A stretch of 63,040 nt of DNA, filler included, from Candidatus Aminicenantales bacterium (GTDB taxonomy: Bacteria; Acidobacteriota; Aminicenantia; Aminicenantales; Saccharicenantaceae): the NCBI GenBank assembly GCA_049512315.1. It is 3 parts of 3 records of this genome, joined end to end, with 100 filler letters (N's around TTAATTAATTAA, not from the genome) between each part and the next. Parts side by side here need not be neighbours in the genome. Positions count along the whole stretch, not along the records: positions 28,189 to 55,939 come from JBEKXF010000036.1; positions 56,040 to 63,040 come from JBEKXF010000065.1; 1 more part is not named here. The stretch is one strand, 5' to 3'. Below the pieces are notes generated by a model. It saw only the letters and a program-made list of their open reading frames with translations, searched no databases and was not told the origin of the DNA. Positions 52,298-61,059 of the stretch are shown here, piece after piece (positions within the stretch are counted from its first letter, which is position 1; each line of letters begins with the position of its first letter). The position numbers and the translations under genes are program-made.

Positions 52298-53761
52298 ATG
52301 GAGGTAGTGGGGACAGCTCGCACGATCGGCAACATAACGGGCCAGGGGCTTCTCACAGTCCACGAGCTCAGCTTCTACCTGGGGGTAAGTCCCTACACCA
52401 TCTATCGGTGGGTGGAAAGGCAGGAGATCCCCATCTTCAAACGGAAAGGTCTCGGGATCCGGTTTAGGAAAGAGGAGATCGATTCCTGGCTCGAGAAGAG
52501 TAAATGCCGGCCTCTGCCCGACCCCCCCGACCTCACCGACTTGACAAGACCTCCTAGAAGCACTAAGAAAAGATCGCATGGTGAAACAGGAGGTACTGGC
52601 GAGATGCCGAAAGGCAAAATCAAGTCTCGTCATAACTATGGCTTCGGAGCAATCTACCAGAGAAGAACGAAACAGGGAATTATCAGGTGGTGCATCGACT
52701 ACAGGGACGCCGCAAGAAAAAGGGTTCAGAGGGTCATCAGGAATGCCCAGACCCCAGAAGACGCCGCCCTGGCTCTCCGGGCGGCGGTCTCCGAGTCCAG
52801 GGACAGAGAGCTTGGGATTCGACAGAAGCCCGGACGTATCAGCTTCACAAAGTTCTCCGAAATGTATCTTGAGAACTACGCCAAGATCAATAAGAGGAGC
52901 TGGACGACCGACGTGAGCTACGTGAAGAGCATGAATTCCAAGTTCGGCTCTCTATACCTGGACGAGATCTCTCCTCTCGAGACCGAGAGCTACAAGGCGG
53001 CTCGGCTCAGGCAAGGCGTAAGGCCTTCTACGGTTAACAGGTGCCTTGCAATCCTCCGGAAGATGCTCAGGCTGGCCGTTGAGTGGGGTTATCTGCCGAA
53101 GGACGCCGTCCCGAAGATGAAGTTCTTCCCGGAAAAGGACAACATTAAGGAACGGATCCTCGCCCCCGACGAGGAACGGCGGCTGTTTGGAGCAAGCTCC
53201 TCCGCCCTCAGGCCCATCTTGACCGTCGCCCTAAATACTGGGATGCGGCTAGGAGAGATTCTCGGTCTAAGGTGGAACCAAGTGGACCTGAAATCAAGAA
53301 CGATCAGAGTCGAACGCACAAAGTCAGGGAAAATCAGGTTCATCGAGATCAACTCTCCCCTACTCCACGAACTAAGCCACCTGAAGGGCACTGACGGCCG
53401 GAGCCCTTACGTCTTCCCAAACCCGGCCACCGGGAAGTCCCTGACGACCGTCAAGACCGCTTTTAAGGCTGCCTGCCGAAGGGCCGAGATTCACGGCCTT
53501 AGGTTTCATGACCTAAGACACACGTTCGCCACCCGCCTGAATATGCTTGGTGTCGACCCGATCACGATCAAGGAGCTCCTGGGGCACAGCTCTCTTAAGC
53601 TCACGGAACGCTATACGCATTCGAACCAGGAGCAGAAACGAACGGCGGTAGAACGGCTGGCTGGAGACTCCCAATCGGGTCAAGATCTGTTACGTATTTG
53701 TGACGCGGCGGGCGAGGCCAAGGATCCTGCGGCTGTATCTCATGTTATTTCAACGATTTGA
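52298..53761 (+). CDS. Tyrosine recombinase/integrase with N-terminal excisionase (HTH_17) fusion
   Basis: LLTVHELSFYLGVSPYTIYRWV; catalytic TGMR, K, HDLRH, LGH and Y (TERYTH). Confidence 0.93.
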   Translation: MEVVGTARTIGNITGQGLLTVHELSFYLGVSPYTIYRWVERQEIPIFKRKGLGIRFRKEEIDSWLEKSKCRPLPDPPDLTDLTRPPRSTKKRSHGETGGTGEMPKGKIKSRHNYGFGAIYQRRTKQGIIRWCIDYRDAARKRVQRVIRNAQTPEDAALALRAAVSESRDRELGIRQKPGRISFTKFSEMYLENYAKINKRSWTTDVSYVKSMNSKFGSLYLDEISPLETESYKAARLRQGVRPSTVNRCLAILRKMLRLAVEWGYLPKDAVPKMKFFPEKDNIKERILAPDEERRLFGASSSALRPILTVALNTGMRLGEILGLRWNQVDLKSRTIRVERTKSGKIRFIEINSPLLHELSHLKGTDGRSPYVFPNPATGKSLTTVKTAFKAACRRAEIHGLRFHDLRHTFATRLNMLGVDPITIKELLGHSSLKLTERYTHSNQEQKRTAVERLAGDSQSGQDLLRICDAAGEAKDPAAVSHVISTI

Positions 53762-53779
53762 GAGAGGATGAGTAGAAAC

Positions 53780-53831
53780 GAGCATCGGACTGTGGATCCG
53801 AATGTTGGGGGTTCAAATCCCCTCACTCACC
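53780..53831 (+). tRNA. tRNA-His(GUG) 3' fragment (att site; 5' acceptor strand and D-arm missing)
   Basis: TCGGA-CTGTGGA-TCCGA anticodon arm, GGGGG-TTCAAAT-CCCCT T-arm, CACTCAC-C; begins 19 nt after the integrase stop. Confidence 0.85.
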
Positions 53832-54126
53832 CTTCAGTTTATTTCCCGATACCCGCGTCATGCCGAAGAGCATAGCGAAAGGTTCGCCAGAGGCTACGGA
53901 AACCCTTCAAACACCCGTCCGCGCGCGATCGAGGCGTTGGTCCCATACCCTCTTCTCGTGGCCCTAGTGCCTTCGGACCGCGTCAGGCCCTTTAGGAGCC
54001 TCCTATGCAGCCCGAATACCCACCCGTATCCCCCCCCTTGGCGAGTCCGCAAGAGATAAGCCGGTCGTGAATACGCGATAGCTGGCGAGGCATATCGGCC
54101 TCACATTAATGGGGCCAGACAGTACC

Positions 54127-54155
54127 TTGACAACCTCTAGTTCAGGACTTATATT
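54127..54155 (+). promoter_or_regulatory. Sigma70 promoter
   Basis: TTGACA-N17-TATATT upstream of the HAF-repeat gene. Confidence 0.65.
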
Positions 54156-54285
54156 GTATTTAGCGGGGTTTACAGATTAGAAATCGCACTCTTTTAGGAC
54201 AAGGGGGTTATTCTTTTCTCTTAATTTGCTTATCTTTTTCTATAGATGCGGCATATGCCCAAAAAATCATTTGAGGGGGGAAGAA

Positions 54286-55557
54286 GTGTTTAGAAAGTTT
54301 TTATTCGCTCTCTCGGCATTGATTCTATGTCTTTGTTTGGTGCCAACGGTAAGGACGCAGCAGAAAGAGGCCGGACGGCTCCTCAGGGGCCGAAGTGATT
54401 TTCTCCGTCATAGGCCCCTAGGTATCATGCCGAAGGTTGCCGGTACGATGATCATTCAGAGTTCCAGTGCGCAGGCAAACCCAGGTCGAACCATTAAAGT
54501 CTATGACCTCGGCTATTACCCCGGCGGAACCTGGTCCGAGCCGCGGGGCATCAACGATTTTGGAGTAGTCGTTGCGTTTGGTGACATTGCCAGCGGGTAC
54601 ACCCGTCCCATCGGGGTTCCATTGTTTGGGCCGAAGGCCTTCCAGTGGTTCGACCTCGGCACTTTGGGAGGGGACAGAACCGACACTGAAGTGATGTGCA
54701 TGGGCGTGGCCGACACGGGAATGATCGTAGGCCACTCTGCGATTCCGGGCAACGAGATTGTCCACGCTTTCGCCTGGACCCCGAAATCCGGCATTGTGGA
54801 CATCGGTGCCCTCGGCGATGATCACAGTTTCAGCCTGGCCTATAACGTCAACAAATCCGGAACCCTCATTGTTGGCTGGAGCAGCAGTGAATTCATGGGA
54901 CCTGAGAGCCTTCCTGTGGTATGGACGCCGAAGGTCATGTGGGGGCGGCATGGGCCTGCGATCACCTGGAAAATCCAGAAGCTCGATACGACAGGCTTTG
55001 AGGGGGCCAATTCCTGGTACGCGACGGCTGTAAATGACTTTGGCCAAATCATTGGCACGGCCACAACCGCTGATGGTTTCCAAATTGCCGTTCTCTGGAA
55101 TCCCCTCCCCGGCGGAAAAGAGTGGAAGATCATGCAGCTTCCTGTTCCCCCGGATGACCCCAACGCCGCGCCCAGTGACATCAACAACAAGGGTGAAATC
55201 GTGGGCTATTTTGAGGCGGCCGACTTGAGCGTCTCGTTTCCGGCTTTATGGAAACCCATGGTCCCTCGGAGGAGCGTCTACGACGTGACCCGGCTTACCA
55301 CTCTGACCGGTTCGGAGCAAGGCTGGGCCGAGGCAAACGGAATCAACGACGTCGGCGACATCGTGGGCGACAGCTACGATGCCAACTGGAACTGGTTTGC
55401 CACCCGCTATAGTACCCAGGACCCCAGTTTCATTAAAGTGCTTGGCTTTCCGGGAACGTGGAGTTGGGCTTATAGGGTGAACAACAACCATATTGCGGTG
55501 GGTTCGTATGGCAGCGACACCATCCCGGAAAACACAGCCGCCGTGAAGTTCAAATAA
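54286..55557 (+). CDS. Secreted HAF-repeat (beta-propeller-like) protein
   Basis: Signal peptide; repeated DLG.., (A/G)IND.G.IVG, HAFAW; GTG start with GAGGGG RBS. Confidence 0.8.
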   Translation: MFRKFLFALSALILCLCLVPTVRTQQKEAGRLLRGRSDFLRHRPLGIMPKVAGTMIIQSSSAQANPGRTIKVYDLGYYPGGTWSEPRGINDFGVVVAFGDIASGYTRPIGVPLFGPKAFQWFDLGTLGGDRTDTEVMCMGVADTGMIVGHSAIPGNEIVHAFAWTPKSGIVDIGALGDDHSFSLAYNVNKSGTLIVGWSSSEFMGPESLPVVWTPKVMWGRHGPAITWKIQKLDTTGFEGANSWYATAVNDFGQIIGTATTADGFQIAVLWNPLPGGKEWKIMQLPVPPDDPNAAPSDINNKGEIVGYFEAADLSVSFPALWKPMVPRRSVYDVTRLTTLTGSEQGWAEANGINDVGDIVGDSYDANWNWFATRYSTQDPSFIKVLGFPGTWSWAYRVNNNHIAVGSYGSDTIPENTAAVKFK

Positions 55558-55635
55558 GACGCCAGGGACCAGAAGTCAGCGTTTCGGACTGCGATAACGG
55601 CTCAATAGTCTGCGGAAAAAGTCGAATCAGTGACC

Positions 55636-55692
55636 TCAGCGGCTAAAGCCGCTGATGAACGCAAAGCGCTTATCGTAGCGCTAAAGCGCTGC
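55636..55692. repeat. Pair of REP-like TAAA-loop hairpins
   Basis: TCAGCGGC-TAAA-GCCGCTGA and GTAGCGC-TAAA-GCGCTGC. Confidence 0.7.
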
Positions 55693-55693
55693 C

Positions 55694-55866
55694 TGACCTG
55701 CCCGCCATCAACGTGCCACCCCTGAAATAACCACCTGCCCCCCGCTCAATGTGGCCCCTGAAGTGAGACTTTCAAGCATTGGAGGTCATCAGATTAAAGG
55801 GATACCCTTGGAATATTGTGACCCGCCCCCGATCAATGTACCAGCCCTTGAGTGAATTTTCCAGCC
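55694..55866 (+). repeat. Three stacked degenerate IS3-like terminal repeats
   Basis: Copies at 55694, 55731 and 55819; the last closely matches the reverse complement of 29522-29571. Confidence 0.7.
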
Positions 55867-55939
55867 AAATATGCCTCCGGAGCCGGCGGCCTATAGCCTA
55901 AGGAGCTATGCGGCCTGAAGCGATTGTATTCCCTTCGCC

Positions 55940-56039
55940 NNNNNNNNNNNNNNNNNNNNNNNNNNNNNNNNNNNNNNNNNNNNTTAATTAATTAANNNNN
56001 NNNNNNNNNNNNNNNNNNNNNNNNNNNNNNNNNNNNNNN
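55940..56039. other. Artificial contig linker
   Basis: N-run-TTAATTAATTAA-N-run. Confidence 0.98.
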
Positions 56040-56162
56040 CTTGGAATTCAGGTCCTCGGTGAAGGTCTTGTCGATCTCCTCGAAGAGCAGGAAGCCCTGC
56101 TTCCGCCCCTTGGAGATGAGATTGGAGATTTCGTCCTTGTGGACCTTGATGTCAGGAGACAC
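56040..56162 (-). CDS. rpoD: RNA polymerase sigma factor RpoD, region 1.1 (5' fragment)
   Basis: GTG start, MSPDIKVHKDEISNLISKGRKQGFLLFEEIDK; directly downstream of dnaG. Confidence 0.8.
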
Positions 56163-56224
56163 GCTGCGCACCTCTTTCGATGGGGTATCCGTTATGACGC
56201 ACTCTCATGAGAATTCTTCCCTTC

Positions 56225-57952
56225 CTAGGTCAGCGACAGGATCTGCTTGGTGACGTCCTGCTTCTGGTAGAGGAGGGCCAGGACCTCCTCCTTTTCGCCC
56301 CGCTTCTCCGAGCGGGCGATCTTCTGCTGGATGTCCTTCAGCCGGTTCTGGAGATGGATCTTCCGGATCGCCTTGAGGCACTCCTGGGCTTCGTCCACGG
56401 ACGCGGTCTCCCCCGGGCCCCTTTCGAACATAGCGGTGGACAGCTGGGACAGCAGGGCCGCCGGGACCCGGTCCTTCAGCTCATGAAAATTCCATTCCCG
56501 GTCGTTCTTGAAGCACTCGAGGATGTACTGGAAGACGGATTCGCCCCGCAGCCCGCGGAAGATCTCCTCGCCGGTCTCGGCGAAGACGTAAGGCGCGACC
56601 GACCGGTCGTCCATCAGGATCTGGAACAGGCGCTTCTCGGCCGGGCAGATGAGGCCCTGCTCCTCGGCGCTCTTGTCCGGCTGCCGCTGTCCGATGATGC
56701 CCCGCAGGACCTCCTCGCCGATCCCGAGCCACTGGCTCGCCTCCTTGAGGTATTCGCCGCGGGCGACGGCGTCGGGGACTTTTTCGATCTCCTTGATGAC
56801 GGCCCGGGCGACGCGGCCCTTCTCCTCGGGGATGCTCATCCGGGCCTCGCGGGCCATGGAGTCGATCATGAACTTGAGCCCTGGCGAGGCCTTTTTCAAC
56901 AGGGCCTGGTATCTCTCCCGGCCGTATTTCTTGAGGAAGGCGTCGGGGTCGAGGTCCTCCGGGAGGGTCAGGACCTGGACGTTGAGGCCCTTTTCCAGGC
57001 AGAGCGGGACGGCCCGGGCGGCGGCCGTCCGGCCGGCGCTGTCGCCGTCGTAGTTGATGACAATCCGCGGGGCGAACCTCAGGGCCTGGGCCACCTGGTA
57101 GGGGGTCAGGGCCGTGCCCAGGGAGGCGGCGACGTTGCCGATCCCGGCCTGGTAGAGGGAGGAGAAATCCGTATATCCCTCGACGAGGATGGCAAAGCCC
57201 TGGTCCCGGATGGCGTCCTTGGTGAAGTTCAGGCCGTAGAGGAGCTTGCCCTTGGAATAAAGGGGCGTGTCCGGCGAATTCAGGTACTTCGGCTCGGCGT
57301 CGACGATCGTCCGGCCGCCGAAGGCAACGACCTTTCCCGTCAGGCTGAAGATGGGGAAGATCACCCGGCCCCGGAAGCGGTCGTAGTATTCGCCCGACTT
57401 CTGTCCCGGCAGGACCAGGCCGCCCTTTTCGAGGAGCGAGACCGGGGCGTTTTTCCCCTCGAAGAAGGCGAGGAGGGAGTTCCAGGAGTTGAAGGCGTAG
57501 CCGATCTTGAGCTTCTGGATGGTCTCGTCGGTCAGGCCCCGCTTTTTCAGGTACTCGAGGGCCTTGGCCCCCTCCTTGGTGTGGAGGAGGTTTTTCCGGA
57601 AGAAGCCGAGGGCCAGGTCGTTCGCCTTGAAGAGCTTGTCCTCGAGCTTGAGGACTTCGGGACTGACCCGTTGCTGGGGAAGGGGAACGTGATATTTTTC
57701 GGCCAGGTACCTCAGGGCCTCGGGGAAGTTGAGGTTCTCCTTTTCCATGAGCAGGGAGAAGATGTCCCCTCCGGCGCCGCAGCCGAAGCAGTGGTAGAGC
57801 TGTTTGTCCTCGTCCAGGGTGAAGGAGGGGGTTTTTTCGGTGTGGAACGGGCAGAGACCGACCCATTTCCGGCCCCTTTTCCTGAGGCTCGTGTACTGGG
57901 AAGCGATCTCGACGATAGAAGAGGCTTGCCTAACCTGGTCAATGATCTCCAT
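56225..57952 (-). CDS. dnaG: DNA primase
   Basis: CPFHTEKTPSF..CFGCG, DRFRGRVIFPI, KYLNSPDT, VEGYTD, YDGDSAG. Confidence 0.98.
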   Translation of the reverse strand: MEIIDQVRQASSIVEIASQYTSLRKRGRKWVGLCPFHTEKTPSFTLDEDKQLYHCFGCGAGGDIFSLLMEKENLNFPEALRYLAEKYHVPLPQQRVSPEVLKLEDKLFKANDLALGFFRKNLLHTKEGAKALEYLKKRGLTDETIQKLKIGYAFNSWNSLLAFFEGKNAPVSLLEKGGLVLPGQKSGEYYDRFRGRVIFPIFSLTGKVVAFGGRTIVDAEPKYLNSPDTPLYSKGKLLYGLNFTKDAIRDQGFAILVEGYTDFSSLYQAGIGNVAASLGTALTPYQVAQALRFAPRIVINYDGDSAGRTAAARAVPLCLEKGLNVQVLTLPEDLDPDAFLKKYGRERYQALLKKASPGLKFMIDSMAREARMSIPEEKGRVARAVIKEIEKVPDAVARGEYLKEASQWLGIGEEVLRGIIGQRQPDKSAEEQGLICPAEKRLFQILMDDRSVAPYVFAETGEEIFRGLRGESVFQYILECFKNDREWNFHELKDRVPAALLSQLSTAMFERGPGETASVDEAQECLKAIRKIHLQNRLKDIQQKIARSEKRGEKEEVLALLYQKQDVTKQILSLT

Positions 57953-58043
57953 GGAGCCTTATAATGCCTGGGGATTACCCATAAAATATAGGGAGGAGGG
58001 GCCCTCTTGTCAAGCCGCCTCCGGGCCCGGCGAACATATCCTT

Positions 58044-58787
58044 TCAAAGATGGTTGATCAGGCTGGCCAGGTAGGCCGCGCCGAAGCCGTTGTCGATATT
58101 GACGACACCGACTCCGCCCGGGCACGAGTTCAGCATCGCGAGGAGGGCCGCCAGGCCCCTGAAGCTCGCCCCGTAGCCGATGCTCGTCGGGACGGCGATG
58201 ACCGGGACCTTGACCAGCCCGGCGACGACGCTCGGCAGTGCGCCCTCCATCCCGGCGACCGTGATGACGACCCGGGCCTCCCGGATCCTGTCGTAGTGAT
58301 GGAGGAGCCGGTGGAGCCCGGCCACCCCGACGTCGTAGATCCTCGCGACGTCATTCCCGAGGACCTCCGCCGTCACGGCGGCCTCTTCGGCTACGGGGAT
58401 GTCGGACGTCCCGGCCGTGATGACGACGATCTTGCCCCGGCCCGCGGGGGCCGGATTCTGGAGGAGCGTCACCGTCCGGGCCGCCGCGTTGTAGGTCGCC
58501 CCCTTGAGCCGCCCCCTGATCTTGGCGTAGACCTCGGGCTCAACCCGGGTGACGAGGAGGTTCGAGCCCTTCCGGAGGATCTCCCGGGCGATCCCGACGA
58601 TCTGGCTGGGCGTCTTGCCCAGGCCATAGATGATCTCCGGAGTGCCTTTCAGGACCTCGCGGTGATGGTCGACCTTGGCGAAGCCCAGGTCCTGATAGGG
58701 GTAATCCTTCAGGATATCCAGGGCCTTCTCCGGGGAAAGTCGGCGGGCGTAGACCTTTTCGAGGACCTCTTCCAGCCGTTTTTTCAC
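58044..58787 (-). CDS. larB: Nickel-pincer cofactor biosynthesis protein LarB
   Basis: AKVDHHR...PEIIYGLGKT, AGTSDIPVAEEA, DVGVAGLHR, AGMEGALPS, VVNIDNGFGAA. Confidence 0.93.
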   Translation of the reverse strand: MKKRLEEVLEKVYARRLSPEKALDILKDYPYQDLGFAKVDHHREVLKGTPEIIYGLGKTPSQIVGIAREILRKGSNLLVTRVEPEVYAKIRGRLKGATYNAAARTVTLLQNPAPAGRGKIVVITAGTSDIPVAEEAAVTAEVLGNDVARIYDVGVAGLHRLLHHYDRIREARVVITVAGMEGALPSVVAGLVKVPVIAVPTSIGYGASFRGLAALLAMLNSCPGGVGVVNIDNGFGAAYLASLINHL

Positions 58788-58913
58788 CCCCCCATTCTAC
58801 CATAAACCGCAAGAGGCCGGAGCGCGTCCGTCGCCCTGCTTCCGTCTTGTCAAATCCGGCCGTCTGCGGTACAATACGGCTCACCTTTAGCGTTATCGGA
58901 CAGGGAGACCAGC

Positions 58914-59420
58914 GTGAGCGAACAACGATCGAAAAAAGACGAATACCAGAAAGTCCTGGCCGCCTTCGGCCAGGCCATGAAGGACTTCCACAAGGGCGAA
59001 TTCGAAAAGGCCGCCGAGCTCCTCGAGACGTTCATCGAGAAGTACCCCGCGGACCGGGAGGTCGTGGACCGGGCCCGGGCCTATCTGGCGATCGCCCGGA
59101 AACGGCCGAAAAAGGAAACCCCCTCCATGAAGGGGTTCGATGATTACTACCATTACGGCGTGATCAGGGCCAACCAGGGCGATCACGACGGCGCCGTCAA
59201 GCTCCTCCAGAAAGCTCTGGAATTCAAGGAGAAGGAAGGTCTGGTCAACTATCTCCTGGCCGATGTCCACTGCCTGATGGGCCAGCCCGAGCCGGCCCTG
59301 GATTACCTCAAGAAAGCCATCCAGAAAGACAGGCTGTTCTCGACCCTGGCCCAGAACGAGCCGGATTTCGAGCCCCTCTGGGATGACAAGAAGTTCAAGC
59401 TCCTCGCCCGGCTGATATGA
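58914..59420 (+). CDS. Tetratricopeptide repeat protein
   Basis: Repeated helical TPR pattern; C-terminal A.NEPDFEPL. Confidence 0.85.
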   Translation: MSEQRSKKDEYQKVLAAFGQAMKDFHKGEFEKAAELLETFIEKYPADREVVDRARAYLAIARKRPKKETPSMKGFDDYYHYGVIRANQGDHDGAVKLLQKALEFKEKEGLVNYLLADVHCLMGQPEPALDYLKKAIQKDRLFSTLAQNEPDFEPLWDDKKFKLLARLI

Positions 59421-60748
59421 GCGCCAAAGCGGTCGTCCTCGTTCACGGGGGAGGCGGGGGCGCGGGATTCACGTCCGTCTGGGACAAGCTCTCCTCTCCT
59501 CTCCTCGGCCGTCCGCTGATTTCCTATATCGTGGACGCGGCAGCGGGGCTGAGGCCGGCCTTGATCGTCCTGGCTTTAGCCGACTCGACCGCGGCCCCCG
59601 CGGCGGTGCTTTCCGGGCTCCCCGGAAAGGTCCCCGTCTCCGTGCTCCGACGGAGAGGCCGGCGAGGGGGGGCGACCCCGGGGATGATCTCCGCCCTGGT
59701 CGACGCCTCGCCCATCATCCGGAAAAACCGGTCCCGGGACATTCTGGCCGTCCCGGCCGACCGGCCGCTCGTTCAGCCGAAGACCCTGAAGAGCATCCTG
59801 GCGACGCACCGCCGGAAGCGGTGCTCGCTGACCATCCTGAGCTGCGGGCCCGACCTTGAACGGGACTCGATCGCCGTTTTCCGGGCCGGGGACGTGGCCC
59901 CGCTGCTCCCGGCTCTCACCAGGGCCGGCGGAAAGGCCGGGCTCGGATTTCTGGCCGCCATGCTCAGGGCTCGGGGCCGCATCGTCGGGCTGACCGAGAT
60001 CCCCGACGCGGATGAAGCCCTGAGGATCGCCGGCCGGGCCGACCTCGCCCGGGCCGCCGGGATCCTCCGCGGCCGCAAGAACGAAGCGCTCGCCCGCCGC
60101 GGCGTGACCCTTTTCGACCCGCAGAGCACCTGGATCGACTGGGAGGCCAAGGTTGGGGCCGGGACGGTCATCTATCCCTCGGTGGTCATCGAGGGAGCGA
60201 GCGTCATCGGAAAAAGCTGCCGGATCTACCCCCACGTCCACATCATGCGCTCGCGGGCCGGGGAGCGGGTCAAGATCCTGAGCTCTACCGTCATCGACGA
60301 CAGCCGCGTGGAAGACGACGCCCAAGTGGGGCCGTTCTCCCGGCTCCGGCCGGGGACGGTCATCAAGGCCTCTTCCAAGGTGGGCAATTTCGTCGAGATG
60401 AAGAACACGGTTTTCGGTCCCCGCTCCAAGGCCCAGCACCTGAGCTACCTCGGCGACAGTCTGGTCGAGGAGGACGTCAACATCGGCGCCGGGACCATCA
60501 CCTGCAACTATGACGGCGTGCGGAAGAACCGGACGCACATCGGTTCCGGGGCCTTCATCGGGTCGGGGACCGAGCTCGTCGCGCCCGTCAAGGTCGGGAA
60601 GCAGGCTTATGTCGCGGCGGGCTCCACGATCACCAAGGACGTCGGCCCGGGCAGCCTGGCCATCGGGCGGGCCCGCCAGGTGGAGAAGCCCGGCTGGGTC
60701 ATCGAGCGGCTCAAGAAGCTCCAGAAAAAAACCCGCGCCCCCAAATAG
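59417..60748 (+). CDS. glmU: GlmU-like protein: intact acetyltransferase domain, degenerate uridyltransferase domain
   Basis: VGPFSRLRPG, VGNFVEMK, HLSYLGD, IGAGTITCNYDG; the N-terminus lacks LAAGxGTRM. Confidence 0.85.
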   Translation: MSAKAVVLVHGGGGGAGFTSVWDKLSSPLLGRPLISYIVDAAAGLRPALIVLALADSTAAPAAVLSGLPGKVPVSVLRRRGRRGGATPGMISALVDASPIIRKNRSRDILAVPADRPLVQPKTLKSILATHRRKRCSLTILSCGPDLERDSIAVFRAGDVAPLLPALTRAGGKAGLGFLAAMLRARGRIVGLTEIPDADEALRIAGRADLARAAGILRGRKNEALARRGVTLFDPQSTWIDWEAKVGAGTVIYPSVVIEGASVIGKSCRIYPHVHIMRSRAGERVKILSSTVIDDSRVEDDAQVGPFSRLRPGTVIKASSKVGNFVEMKNTVFGPRSKAQHLSYLGDSLVEEDVNIGAGTITCNYDGVRKNRTHIGSGAFIGSGTELVAPVKVGKQAYVAAGSTITKDVGPGSLAIGRARQVEKPGWVIERLKKLQKKTRAPK

Positions 60749-61059
60749 GGGCCCTCCTTACTTGTTTCTTCTTAAGGTCGCGGACTCGGAGGGAGTCCCT
60801 TCGGCAGGGAGCGGATTCCGAGGAGCGACCAGCAGAAGTGTGGCGGAGCGGCTCGGAGCCGCAATTCTGGTAAATATCTGGAACGAGTCTTTGCGTATTG
60901 CTCCGGGGACTCTCCCTCTTTTCCATCTGTGATGATCGCTCCGCTCTCCTCTCGCTGCGCTCGAGGAACCGTGCCCGCGTCGCGCTCAATGTTTTCTCCG
61001 GGACATCCCCCCTGCGTCCGCTGCTTCTTTGAAAAACGCTTCGGGGATAAATCCAGGCT

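Larger units (their letters stand above)
32079..53831. mobile_element. tRNA-His-targeting integrative element carrying a defence island (left boundary not seen)
   Basis: Integrase abutting a tRNA-His 3' fragment; HTH/rep-like genes; lower-GC defence cargo. Confidence 0.8.

Noticed and set aside
53761..53833. Intact tRNA-His gene
   Set aside because: There is no GTGAGTG 5' acceptor strand at the correct distance, no D-loop and no CCA; treated as an att fragment.
60749..61059. glmS ribozyme downstream of glmU
   Set aside because: No glmS follows and I could not find the ribozyme core.
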